Below are positions 55,022 through 64,000 of a DNA stretch of 64,000 nt, one piece after another. This DNA is from an uncultured Gemmatimonadales bacterium (lineage in GTDB: Bacteria > Gemmatimonadota > Gemmatimonadetes > Gemmatimonadales > Gemmatimonadaceae). Where the stretch lies: positions 2,592,001-2,656,000 of the forward strand of contig OY969695.1 in assembly GCA_963701965.1 (NCBI GenBank), written 5' to 3'. Position 1 is the stretch's first letter, and each line of letters opens with the position of its first letter. Under the pieces are notes generated by a model. It saw only the letters and a program-made list of their open reading frames with translations, was not told where the DNA came from and ran no database searches. Position numbers and translations under genes: made by a program.

Positions 55022-56351
55022 GGACACCATCGCGGCTGTCGCCACCGCTCCGGGACGGAGCGCGTTGGCGTTGGTGCGCGTCAGCGGGCCGGACGCGTGG
55101 GAGATCGCGGGCCGCGTCCTGGGACCGTGGCCGCCGGTGCCGCGGCGCGCAACGTTGCTCACGGCGCGCGACCCGGAGACCGGCGAGCGTCTCGATCGGG
55201 TGATCGCGACGACGTTCGAGGCGCCGCACTCGTTCACCGGCCAGCGGGTCGTGGAGATCGCGACGCACGGCGGGGCGCTCATACCCGCCACCATCCTCGC
55301 GGCGCTGGTCGCGGCCGGCGCCCGGCCCGCCCTGGGGGGCGAGTTCACGCGGCGCGCGTTGCTGGGCGGCAAGCTGGACGTGGCGCAGGCCGAGGCGATC
55401 GGCGATCTCATCGACGCGCGGAGCGGCGCGGCCCGGCGCGCGGCGCTGGCGCAGCTCGACGGCGGGCTCTCCCGCCGGGTGGCCGCGCTGCGCGCGGCCC
55501 TCATTGAGACCGAGGCGCTCATCGCCTACGAGATCGACTTTCCCGAGGAGGACGACGGTCCGATTCCTCCCGCCCGCATCGCCGCATCCGCGGCGGCCGC
55601 CGCGGGCGCGCTGGCGCAGCTTCTGGCGACGGCGCCGGTCGGCGCCCTCGTACGCGAGGGCGCGCTCGTCGTCATCGCGGGGCCGCCGAACGTCGGCAAG
55701 TCCTCCCTGTTCAATGCGATCCTCGGGCGCGCCCAGGCGATCGTCACCGAGATTCCGGGCACGACGCGCGACGCCATCGAAGCGCTCGTCGAGCCGCCCG
55801 GCGCCGCGTTTCCACTGCGGCTCGTCGACACGGCGGGACTCCGCGAGACCAGCGACGTCGTCGAGCGGCTCGGCATCGAGGTATCCGAACGCTATCTCGC
55901 CGGCGCCCACGCGATCCTGGCCTGTGGCGAGACTGCGGCCGCGATCGACGCCACGGTCGCCCGGGTGCGGGCCCACAGCGAGGCCCCGGTGGTGTCCGTC
56001 CTCACCAAGGCCGACTTACGCGGCGCGATTCTCCACGGCGCCATCGCCACCAGCGCTGAAACGGGTGCCGGCATCCGTGAGCTCCTGGCCGCGGTTTATG
56101 CCGCCGTCGGCGCCGCGACGCCCGATCCCGACACGCCGATCGTCACCCGCGCGCGGCATCGGGAGAGTCTGACCCGGGCCAGCGCCGAGCTACGGCTCTT
56201 CGTGGACACGTGGGAGGCGCACACGGTGCCAGCGGTCATCGCCGCGGTGCACTTGCGAAGCGCGGTCGATGCACTCGAGGACATCATCGGCGTTGTCGAC
56301 ACCGACAATGTCCTCGATCGACTCTTTTCCGAATTCTGCGTCGGGAAATAG
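55011..56351 (+). CDS. mnmE: tRNA modification GTPase MnmE
   Basis: DTIAAVAT, PHSFTG, GEFTRRA, GPPNVGKSS, GTTRD, DTAG, FCVGK. Confidence 0.97.
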   Translation: MLSEDTIAAVATAPGRSALALVRVSGPDAWEIAGRVLGPWPPVPRRATLLTARDPETGERLDRVIATTFEAPHSFTGQRVVEIATHGGALIPATILAALVAAGARPALGGEFTRRALLGGKLDVAQAEAIGDLIDARSGAARRAALAQLDGGLSRRVAALRAALIETEALIAYEIDFPEEDDGPIPPARIAASAAAAAGALAQLLATAPVGALVREGALVVIAGPPNVGKSSLFNAILGRAQAIVTEIPGTTRDAIEALVEPPGAAFPLRLVDTAGLRETSDVVERLGIEVSERYLAGAHAILACGETAAAIDATVARVRAHSEAPVVSVLTKADLRGAILHGAIATSAETGAGIRELLAAVYAAVGAATPDPDTPIVTRARHRESLTRASAELRLFVDTWEAHTVPAVIAAVHLRSAVDALEDIIGVVDTDNVLDRLFSEFCVGK

Positions 56352-56356
56352 ACGCG

Positions 56357-57058
56357 CTACGCTGTTGCCGCGGCGGTGCCCTTTCGCCCGGCATCGCGCA
56401 GTCGCCGCGCGACGATCGTGTGGCCTTTGGCCGAGGCGACCATGGCGGGGGTTTGGTCGCTGTCCATGCGGATCGTCGGATCGGCGCCGAGTCGGAGGAG
56501 CGCATCGATCAGCGCGACGGTGCCGCGCGCCGCGGCGTTGTGGAGCGGCGTGATGCCCGCGCTGGCGCGGGCGTTGGGCAGCGCGCCCCGGCTGATGAGG
56601 ATTTCGATCACCGTCGGGTTGCCGATGCCCGTGACCGCGAGATGGAGTGGCGTGTTGACCATGGCATCGGCGATCGCCGCGTTGGGATTGGCGCCGGCGT
56701 CCAGCACGCGCCGCACGGCGCTCGCCTGCCCCGCGAACGCCGCCAGGTGCAGCATCATCCACCCATTCGCCAGCCGGGCGTGGACCAGCGACGGTTCGGC
56801 GCCCAGCAGCGCGTCGAGCCGGGGGATCGCGCCGACCGCCGCCGCCTCGAACGCATCGAGATCCGTGCGTTCGGCGACCAGGACCGCGACGTCGAGCCGT
56901 CCCTTGTAGATGGCCGGCAGCACCATGCTTTCGCCGGTCGCGCGCCGGGCGGCGCTGGCCAGCTCCGGCGCCGCCGCCAGCAGCGCGCGCACGGCGATCA
57001 AATCGCCGTGCCGGACCGCTTCGACAAACGCGTTGGTCGCGAGGGGGAAGTCACGCAT
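56357..57058 (-). CDS. Ankyrin repeat protein
   Basis: TPLHLA, TPLHNAA, LLRLGADP repeats. Confidence 0.88.
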   Translation of the reverse strand: MRDFPLATNAFVEAVRHGDLIAVRALLAAAPELASAARRATGESMVLPAIYKGRLDVAVLVAERTDLDAFEAAAVGAIPRLDALLGAEPSLVHARLANGWMMLHLAAFAGQASAVRRVLDAGANPNAAIADAMVNTPLHLAVTGIGNPTVIEILISRGALPNARASAGITPLHNAAARGTVALIDALLRLGADPTIRMDSDQTPAMVASAKGHTIVARRLRDAGRKGTAAATA

Positions 57059-57122
57059 AGGGCCCTTACCCTACCCCTCACCCCACCCGGCCGCAAGAGT
57101 TCGGCCCCCCGGTGCGGCCAAG

Positions 57123-57308
57123 TCAGGGCTCGCGCGGCGGCTCGCGGGTCGCGGACTCCCAGATTTCGTCCGCCAGCCATTCCAGACGGCGTTGCGCGTA
57201 GTGCAGGTCGTCGGGTGACATGCTGCGCGCGCCGCGAGCCAGAGTGCGCACATGCCCGACCAATTCGTCGAGGATCTCGCGCAACTCCCGCTGGCTGCGG
57301 CGCTCCAT
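57123..57308 (-). CDS. Small hypothetical protein
   Basis: Helical ORF MERRSQRELREILDEL...LEWLADEIW in operon position. Confidence 0.65.
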   Translation of the reverse strand: MERRSQRELREILDELVGHVRTLARGARSMSPDDLHYAQRRLEWLADEIWESATREPPREP

Positions 57309-57323
57309 GGTCACATCTACAAC

Positions 57324-58262
57324 TTACGCCGAGACCGCGGTGGTGCGACCCGACGCCGCGATTTCTTCCGCGCTGGCCCGCGCGCACCATGCCAGGCCAT
57401 GCGCCGCGACAGCAGCCTCGGCCATGCGGGCCCCCAGGTAGTACCCGCTGCGCTCGGGCAGCACATACCGGTCGACGGTGCGCGCTTCGTCGCTGACGCC
57501 GCCCGAGAGGTAGCGGAGGCGGAGCCCCAGCCCGCGCGCATCCAGATCGGCGTCGGCCGAGCGGGCGATCACGGATTCCAACTCGCGCACGCGCGCGTAT
57601 TGCCGGCGGCCGTACCCGAAATACTCCCACGCCGCGTGACCGGGGCTCAACGTGCGCGAGACGTGCACGGAGAGCCCCTCGTTGATCAGGAGCTCGCGCA
57701 GCGTCGCTTGGCGGCCCGTCTCCCAGTAGGAGTATTCACCGCCTGCTTCGCGGACCAACGCCGCCATGTCACTCCGGCTGCTGGGCGACGTGTAGCGCAC
57801 CGCGTGCGCGATCTCATGCGACAGCCAGAGCGGCATCAACTCCGGGTCGAGACCCAGCCCCTGCGTCTCGGCGTTCGCCACGCTCGTGAAGTGCTCCAGG
57901 CACACGAAGGCCGTGCCGCGACCGCCGACCACCAATTCGCCGGCGTTGGCCGCGCCAACACCCACCATGAGCACCGCGTCGATCTCGACGTCCGCCTCCA
58001 GCACCCCCAAGCACGCCTCGGCGGTGACGCGGGCCAGTGCCTCGACGTCCGTGCGCTCCAGCATGGCGATGAGGTCACCCCGATCGGCGTTCGCCGCCGC
58101 GCGAACCACGTCGGCGAAGTGCGGGCCGTCCGGGTCGACCACGTAGTTGTGCCAGTACGCGTCGAGGATCGCGCGGTGGGCGTCGTAATAGCGGAGATAC
58201 GCCTGCACCCGATCCGTGCTGTTCAGGACTGCGAAGAAGTCGGGCAGCAGATTGATCAGCAT
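57324..58262 (-). CDS. DUF2268-like putative Zn-dependent protease
   Basis: HEIAH, NEGL, GYYLG. Confidence 0.8.
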   Translation of the reverse strand: MLINLLPDFFAVLNSTDRVQAYLRYYDAHRAILDAYWHNYVVDPDGPHFADVVRAAANADRGDLIAMLERTDVEALARVTAEACLGVLEADVEIDAVLMVGVGAANAGELVVGGRGTAFVCLEHFTSVANAETQGLGLDPELMPLWLSHEIAHAVRYTSPSSRSDMAALVREAGGEYSYWETGRQATLRELLINEGLSVHVSRTLSPGHAAWEYFGYGRRQYARVRELESVIARSADADLDARGLGLRLRYLSGGVSDEARTVDRYVLPERSGYYLGARMAEAAVAAHGLAWCARASAEEIAASGRTTAVSA

Positions 58263-58282
58263 CAGCGCCCAAGATAGCCAGT

Positions 58283-58912
58283 CTACCGCGTTCCGAACAA
58301 CCGATCGCCCGCGTCGCCCAGGCCGGGAAGGATGTAGCCGTGCGCGTTCAGCTCCCGATCCAGCGCCGCGCAGTACACGCGGACATCCGGGTGCGCCGCC
58401 GCCAAACGCGCGACGCCGGCCGGCGCCGCGACGACGCACAGAAAGCGAATGCGCGTCGCCCCGGCCCGTTTGAGCGAGCCGACGGCCGAAACGGCGCTCC
58501 CACCGGTGGCCAGCATCGGATCCAGGACAAAAAAATCCCGCTGCGCCGCGTCGCCCGGGACGCGAAAGTAGTAGTCGACCGGTTCCAGCGTGTCGTGGTC
58601 GCGATAGAGGCCGATGTGTCCGACGCGCGCCCCGGGCACCAGGCGGAGGACGCCCTCGACCATCCCCAGCCCGGCGCGCAGGATCGGCACCAGGACCAGC
58701 TTCTTGCCCCGCACCTGCATGCCCGTCGTGCGTTCCAGCGGTGTGTCGACCTCGGTCGGCTCCAATGCCAGATCGCTCGTGGCCTCGTAGGCCATCAGCA
58801 TTGCGATCTCGTCGAGCAGCTCCTTGAAAATCTTCGTCGGTGTGCGCCGGTCGCGGAGCAGCGTCACCTTGTGCTGGATCAGCGGGTGGCGCGCGATCGT
58901 GAGGGTATCCAT
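58283..58912 (-). CDS. upp: Uracil phosphoribosyltransferase
   Basis: [38 protein letters not shown]. Confidence 0.97.
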   Translation of the reverse strand: MDTLTIARHPLIQHKVTLLRDRRTPTKIFKELLDEIAMLMAYEATSDLALEPTEVDTPLERTTGMQVRGKKLVLVPILRAGLGMVEGVLRLVPGARVGHIGLYRDHDTLEPVDYYFRVPGDAAQRDFFVLDPMLATGGSAVSAVGSLKRAGATRIRFLCVVAAPAGVARLAAAHPDVRVYCAALDRELNAHGYILPGLGDAGDRLFGTR

Positions 58913-58943
58913 AGGCGCCTCAAGCTAGTATCTTCGCGACTGC

Positions 58944-59138
58944 ATGGCATCGAAAGAATACCAGGCCGTCATGCTGCGGCTCACGCACCATCCGCGAGAC
59001 GACGAGGATGCGCTGACGGATTTGTTGAACGAGCGCAGTCGCGGCGGCTGGGAGCCCGCGGTGCTCGCGCAGAGCGGCGCGCCGGGCGGCGAGCGGCTCA
59101 CCGTGATCTTTCAGCGTGTGACGGCACCGGAGCACTGA
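58944..59138 (+). CDS. Small DUF4177-like protein
   Basis: EYQAV...LLNERSRGGWE...VIFQR pattern. Confidence 0.65.
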   Translation: MASKEYQAVMLRLTHHPRDDEDALTDLLNERSRGGWEPAVLAQSGAPGGERLTVIFQRVTAPEH

Positions 59139-59150
59139 CCGACGGGTGCC

Positions 59151-59750
59151 GTGCGGTGGGCGCTTCGCGTAGTTGGCGGCGTCGCCGCGCTGGCCCTGTT
59201 GGCGTGGGCCGCGTCCGCGGTGCTCGTGGTTGTCTGGAGCCGGCGTGACGAGGCCCGACCGGCCTCAGCGATCGTCGTGCTCGGCGCCGCCCAATACCTC
59301 GGCCGTCCTTCCCCGGTTTTGCGCGCGCGTCTCGACCACGCGATCGACCTCTGGCAACACGGCTTGGCCCCGATCCTCGTGCTGACTGGCGGTCGTGGTG
59401 TCCATGACACCACGAGCGAAGCCGAAGTGTCGCGGGTCTATGCAGCGCGGCGCGGCGTGCCCGACAGTGCGGTCCTGCTGGAGACGGCGGGGCGCACATC
59501 CGACGAGTCGATGCGCGCCGTCGCTACCATGATGCACGCGCGCGGGATGCGCGACGCGATTTTGGTGAGCGACCCCTTCCATATGCTGCGGCTGGAAGTG
59601 CTGGCATCGCGGCTCGGGCTTACCGCTTATACGTCGCCTACGCACACCAGCCCCATCTCCGCCCATCGCGAGCTCGTGGCTGAGTACATCCTCGGCGAAT
59701 CGCTCAAGGTGCCGTTCACGCTGCTATTTGAACATGAGCACGCACCCTGA
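59151..59750 (+). CDS. YdcF/DUF218 family protein
   Basis: IVVLGAA, PSPVLRARLDHA, TGGRG, SEAE, VSDPFHMLR. Confidence 0.9.
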   Translation: MRWALRVVGGVAALALLAWAASAVLVVVWSRRDEARPASAIVVLGAAQYLGRPSPVLRARLDHAIDLWQHGLAPILVLTGGRGVHDTTSEAEVSRVYAARRGVPDSAVLLETAGRTSDESMRAVATMMHARGMRDAILVSDPFHMLRLEVLASRLGLTAYTSPTHTSPISAHRELVAEYILGESLKVPFTLLFEHEHAP

Positions 59751-59844
59751 GAGACGGCGCATATCATCTGAGAAGTAGCACTTGCTTTATGCGCCTGTGG
59801 AGGCACATTATGTGGCGACAACAATAGGAAGCGCCCGTTGATCG

Positions 59845-59891
59845 GCCAGCCGGGTGTCGTGGAGAGTAATCTCCGCGGCACCCGCTCTGGC
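59845..59891 (+). other. Long GNRA-capped hairpin in the leader of the PQQ dehydrogenase operon
   Basis: CGGGTGTCGTGGAGA-GTAA-TCTCCGCGGCACCCG with two G-U pairs. Confidence 0.55.
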
Positions 59892-59957
59892 TTAGGGCCG
59901 TCAGGACGCAAGCAGTGTGTCGAGCGCGTTGTCAGCCGTCCAGAACCAGGAGGGGTC

Positions 59958-61661
59958 ATGCGCACCAGCCGGCTGCTCGTATCGAGTGCCGTGGGAGCAT
60001 TTCTCGCGACGACGGTGTTCGCGCAAGAACAGGTCGAGACGAAGACGAAGAAGGAGGCCGCCCCGACCTTCACCGCCGTTTCGGATGCCATGCTCCGCGA
60101 TGCCCGAGCGGATGCGAAGAACTGGCTCATGATCGGCCGCGACTACACGAACCAACAATGGTCGCCACTCACACAAATCAACGCCACCAACGTTCAGGGC
60201 CTGCGGGTGGCATGGATGTACCAGACCGGCATCTCGCGACTCGGGTCGTTCGAGACGAGTCCGGTGGTGGTGAATGGCGTGATGTACGTGACGACGCCAT
60301 ACAGTACCGTCATGGCCGTCAACGCGCGCACGGGAAAAGAGATCTGGCGCTATGAGCCGAAACTCGCGACGACGATTTTCTGTTGCGGACCGAACAACCG
60401 CGGCGTCGCCATCTCCGACAACACCGTGTACTTCGGCACGCTCGATGCGCGACTCATCGCGCTCGAGGCGCAGACCGGCAAGGTGAAGTGGAACGTGGCC
60501 GTCGCCGATCCCGACGCGGGATACAGCGAGACCCATGCGCCGCTCGTCATCGGCGACAAGGTCATCATCGGCATCTCCGGTGGCGAGTACGGCATTCGCG
60601 GATTCGTGCGGGCGTACAACAAGGAAACCGGCGAACCCGTGTGGACGACGTACACGACGTTCCAGGACAACTGGTTCGGGAAGTGGACGCCAAAGACTTG
60701 GGAAGGCGACTACTCGCTCAATCGGAACATCGACGCGGAGAAGGCCGATTCCGGCAAGTACGCCGATGCGTGGCAACGCGGCGGGGCCGGCGTCTGGATG
60801 AATCCCGCGTACGACGCCGCCACGAACCAGATCTTCGTGGCCAGCGGCAACCCGTCCCCCGACCTCGACGGCAGCGTCAGACCGGGGGACAATTTGTGTG
60901 CGGACTGCATCATCGCAATGGATGCGGGGACCGGGAAGATCACGTGGTACTATCAGGAAGTCCCACACGATGTGTGGGATCTCGACGCCGTCAGCCCGCC
61001 GGTCGTGGTGAAGTTGAAGGATGGGCGGACGGCGGTGGCCCAGGCCGGGAAGACGGCGTGGGTATACGTGCTCGATGCGAAGACCGGCAAGCTCATCCGC
61101 AAGTCGAAAGCGTTCAATCGCATCGAGAACATGTTCGCGCAGCCGACCGCCGACGGTGTCCGGATGCTCCCCGGCGCGAACGGCGGGTCGGAGTGGTCGC
61201 CGATGGCGGTCAATCCAACGCTCGGCTACGCGTACGTCATGGGTCTCGAGCAACCCATGCACTACATCACGCACAGCGCTCCGCTGACCAAGGGGCAACT
61301 GTGGCTCGGATCGGCGTTCAAGGCGGTGCCGGGCGAAGACCAATACGGCACCTACACGGCGATCGATCTCAATACGGGCGCCATCGCGTGGCAGAACAAG
61401 ACCGAGCAGCCGATGATCGGCGGCTCGCTGGCCACGGCGGGCAACCTCGTCTTCACGGGCGAGGGCAACGGCCATTTCGACGCGTTCGACGCACGCACCG
61501 GAAAGCTGTTGTGGCACTTCGCGGCGGGTGCCGGCTGCAACGCGCCCCCCGTGACCTACGAGCTCGATGGCAAGCAGTACATAGCAGCCGCCTGCGGCGG
61601 CAATTTCCAGCTCGGATATCCGTTGGGTGATGCCGTGTTGGTATTCACGCTTCCCCAATAG
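59958..61661 (+). CDS. PQQ-dependent alcohol dehydrogenase-family protein (DxD motif)
   Basis: Signal peptide, vicinal CC, GGEYG, GNPSP, HDVWDLD; GGAGG RBS. Confidence 0.92.
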   Translation: MRTSRLLVSSAVGAFLATTVFAQEQVETKTKKEAAPTFTAVSDAMLRDARADAKNWLMIGRDYTNQQWSPLTQINATNVQGLRVAWMYQTGISRLGSFETSPVVVNGVMYVTTPYSTVMAVNARTGKEIWRYEPKLATTIFCCGPNNRGVAISDNTVYFGTLDARLIALEAQTGKVKWNVAVADPDAGYSETHAPLVIGDKVIIGISGGEYGIRGFVRAYNKETGEPVWTTYTTFQDNWFGKWTPKTWEGDYSLNRNIDAEKADSGKYADAWQRGGAGVWMNPAYDAATNQIFVASGNPSPDLDGSVRPGDNLCADCIIAMDAGTGKITWYYQEVPHDVWDLDAVSPPVVVKLKDGRTAVAQAGKTAWVYVLDAKTGKLIRKSKAFNRIENMFAQPTADGVRMLPGANGGSEWSPMAVNPTLGYAYVMGLEQPMHYITHSAPLTKGQLWLGSAFKAVPGEDQYGTYTAIDLNTGAIAWQNKTEQPMIGGSLATAGNLVFTGEGNGHFDAFDARTGKLLWHFAAGAGCNAPPVTYELDGKQYIAAACGGNFQLGYPLGDAVLVFTLPQ

Positions 61662-61672
61662 GCCGGGCATCG

Positions 61673-62050
61673 ATGCGGCGGCTCGCGATCGGCGCGGCAC
61701 TCACCGTCGGGGCATTCGGGGTTCTGGCGCAGTCCTCAGACCCCGCGCCGACGAGCTTGGGCGGCCACTATTGGGGCCGCCTGAGTGCCGCCGAGAAGGA
61801 GTCGTACCTCACCGGTTTTCTTGCCGGTGCGGCCGCCGAGCAGGCGCGGGCCGGAGACAGCACGCGGGTCACCGGCGCCGCGATCGATGCGTTGCGTACC
61901 CGTGCGGCGCTGCGTTTTCGATTCTCGCCGAACGTGTATGCCGCGCAGATCGACGACTACTACTACTCGCGGCAGGATCGCCTCGACGTGCCGATTGTCG
62001 AGGCAATGATCGTGCTCAACGGCGCCATGCTGGAGCAGCAGCGGCGCTAA
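61673..62050 (+). CDS. Secreted hypothetical protein
   Basis: Signal peptide; GHYW...KESYLTGF...IDDYY. Confidence 0.7.
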   Translation: MRRLAIGAALTVGAFGVLAQSSDPAPTSLGGHYWGRLSAAEKESYLTGFLAGAAAEQARAGDSTRVTGAAIDALRTRAALRFRFSPNVYAAQIDDYYYSRQDRLDVPIVEAMIVLNGAMLEQQRR

Positions 62051-62077
62051 GTCCACACTTCGCTGCAGGAGAGCAAG

Positions 62078-63379
62078 ATGAAACGACTCGCTGTGTTGGG
62101 TTTCACCGCGTTTCTCGCCGTGGCTCACAATGCCCGTGCGCAATTGACGATGCAAATGAGTAACGGCTGGAACTTTACCTTCGCGGGCAACGTCAACGCT
62201 TTCTACGTCGAGCAGTGGGGCAACGCGCTCGCCAATGCGGGCCCCGGGGGCGCACCAGTCATCAACGGTGGACTCGTCGCGCAAGGCGAAGGCACGAACG
62301 CGAACATCCGCACGGGACTCCTGCCCGCGGCTGTGACATTCGACGCCAAAGGGAAGGAGGGCGATTTGCTGCTCGGCGTGCACTTCGGCTTTTTCCCGCA
62401 GATTCAAAACGGCGGTGATGGTCGCCTCACCGGGCAGTCCGGCAACATCCATGATCAGTTCGGCGCACAGATCGACATGCGCCAGGTCTATTTGACAGTC
62501 GGCGGCGATTGGGGTCAGATCCTCGCCGGTCGTGAGATCGGCCTCTATCAGCGCCAGAACATCCTGACGGACGCGACGCTCTTCGGCATCGGCGCGAGCG
62601 GTGGCAATCTGGGCGCCGGTGGGACGACGCTCGGCCGCATCGGATTCGGGTACGTCTATCCGAACTTCGAAGCGCAGATCACCTACAGCACGTCGGCGAC
62701 GAGCCCGCTGCAATTTGCGATCGGTGTCTTCCAGCCGAGTGAGGTCGGCGCCGCCGGGACGGCGTACGTGTACACGCCGCTGCCGCGCGTCGAGTCTGAG
62801 ATCTCGTACACGGGCAAGTTAGGCCAAGCCGAAGGCACGACGAACAAGTGGATGGTCTGGGTCAATGGCATGGTGCAGCAGGCGCAGAACGCGCCGACGG
62901 GTACGACGCCCAGCGGCGCGCCGGACACGACGACCAAGGTGACCTCGGCAGGCGTCGGCGGCGGCCTCAAGCTCGACTTCTCGCGTCTGTCGCTCGTCGG
63001 CTCCGGGTACTACGGCCGCGGCATCGGGACTGTCCTCATGTTCGGTGGCACGGCGATCGATGCCAATCCGGCCGGCGCGCAGGGGCGCATCGGCTACGGC
63101 TACATTGGCCAGGCCTCGTTCAAGCTCGATCCCAAGTGGACGCTCGTCGGCAGCTGGGGCGAGAGCATGACGACGGGCACCAATTTCGACAACGCCAACT
63201 TCGCGACCCAGGATGGCCCGCTCCTCAAGTACAACGCATTGGGAGTGGGTTCGCTCGTGTATCAAATGACGAAGTCTCTCAAGTGGGTCATCGAATACGA
63301 CTACACGGAGGCGGCAAACCAAGCCCACCAGAAGCAAGTCGCGAATCAGGTGGCGACGGGCTTCATGGTCTTCTTCTAA
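62078..63379 (+). CDS. Outer membrane porin
   Basis: Signal peptide, IRTGLLP, RQVYLTVGGDWG, C-terminal Phe; AGGAG RBS. Confidence 0.85.
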   Translation: MKRLAVLGFTAFLAVAHNARAQLTMQMSNGWNFTFAGNVNAFYVEQWGNALANAGPGGAPVINGGLVAQGEGTNANIRTGLLPAAVTFDAKGKEGDLLLGVHFGFFPQIQNGGDGRLTGQSGNIHDQFGAQIDMRQVYLTVGGDWGQILAGREIGLYQRQNILTDATLFGIGASGGNLGAGGTTLGRIGFGYVYPNFEAQITYSTSATSPLQFAIGVFQPSEVGAAGTAYVYTPLPRVESEISYTGKLGQAEGTTNKWMVWVNGMVQQAQNAPTGTTPSGAPDTTTKVTSAGVGGGLKLDFSRLSLVGSGYYGRGIGTVLMFGGTAIDANPAGAQGRIGYGYIGQASFKLDPKWTLVGSWGESMTTGTNFDNANFATQDGPLLKYNALGVGSLVYQMTKSLKWVIEYDYTEAANQAHQKQVANQVATGFMVFF

Positions 63380-63457
63380 GACAAATCCACCAGGCGTTTC
63401 ACGGCGTACCGGATGCAGTACTCCTTGCTCGTTCATCTTCACATCACGGGGCAGCTC

Positions 63458-64000
63458 ATGAATCAGCTCAACCGCCCGATGCGGATCGGTGCGTTGGTAG
63501 CCGGTTCACTGGCATTGTGCGCCGCAACCGCGGTCGCACAGGATCAGTTGGCCGACATGACGAAAAATGCCAACCAGTGGGTGATGACGGGTCGGACCTA
63601 TGACCTACAGCGTTATAGCCCGCTGGCGCAGATCACCGCCGCCAACGTCGCACACCTCCACCCGGCGTGGAGTTTCTCGACCGGCACGCTGCGCGGACAC
63701 GAGGGCAACCCGCTCGTGATCGGCAGCGTCATGTACGTGCACTCCTCATTCCCCAACAAGGTCTACGCGCTCGATCTCACCAAGCCCGGCGCGCCCCAGA
63801 TCTGGCAGTACACGCCAGAGCAGGACGCCAACGTGATCCCGATCGCGTGCTGCGACGTGGTCAACCGCGGCCTGGCCTATCACCCCAGCGGCAAGCTGTA
63901 CATCGAGCTGCTGCAGGGGGACTTGTTGGCCCTCGACGCCAAGACCGGGAAGAAGATCTTCCAGGTCAAGAGCGCCGATTTCCACAAGGGCGAGACGATG
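63458..64000 (+). CDS. PQQ-dependent methanol dehydrogenase, XoxF-like (runs off window)
   Basis: Translated manually: QRYSPLAQITAANV...AWSFSTGTLRGHEGNPLV...YVHSSFPNKVYALDL...ACCDVVNRGLAY. Confidence 0.85.
   Translation, partial: MNQLNRPMRIGALVAGSLALCAATAVAQDQLADMTKNANQWVMTGRTYDLQRYSPLAQITAANVAHLHPAWSFSTGTLRGHEGNPLVIGSVMYVHSSFPNKVYALDLTKPGAPQIWQYTPEQDANVIPIACCDVVNRGLAYHPSGKLYIELLQGDLLALDAKTGKKIFQVKSADFHKGETM

Overview
High-GC (~70%) bacterial chromosome segment containing the replication origin. It is most likely from a Gemmatimonadota (Gemmatimonadaceae-like) genome; this is inferred from protein style and synteny, not from a search. The core is dnaN-oriC-dnaA with divergent rpmH-rnpA-yidD-yidC-MBL-mnmE, plus rnpB, polA, mnmG, parS-parA-parB-bactofilin, upp, pyrE and sthA. 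Accessory blocks are a sigma54 two-component/ABC-HlyD export operon next to a BlaI/BlaR1 pair, a BMP-type nucleoside ABC transporter, an aromatic amino-acid decarboxylase/fahA cluster, and a PQQ dehydrogenase-porin-XoxF-like cluster at the right end. Most notable observations: (1) a GNA-triloop palindromic element that occurs intergenically and is also amplified in frame as a 63-bp tandem array inside an ABC ATPase; (2) a second, covarying hairpin family forming a ~690-bp inverted-repeat structure beside parS; (3) six single-base frameshifts, including in dnaA and mnmG, that all map to a CATC(W) context, suggesting modification-linked sequencing errors; (4) an aromatic-rich uORF coupled to the decarboxylase; (5) an orphan BECR-like nuclease; (6) many apparently leaderless starts.
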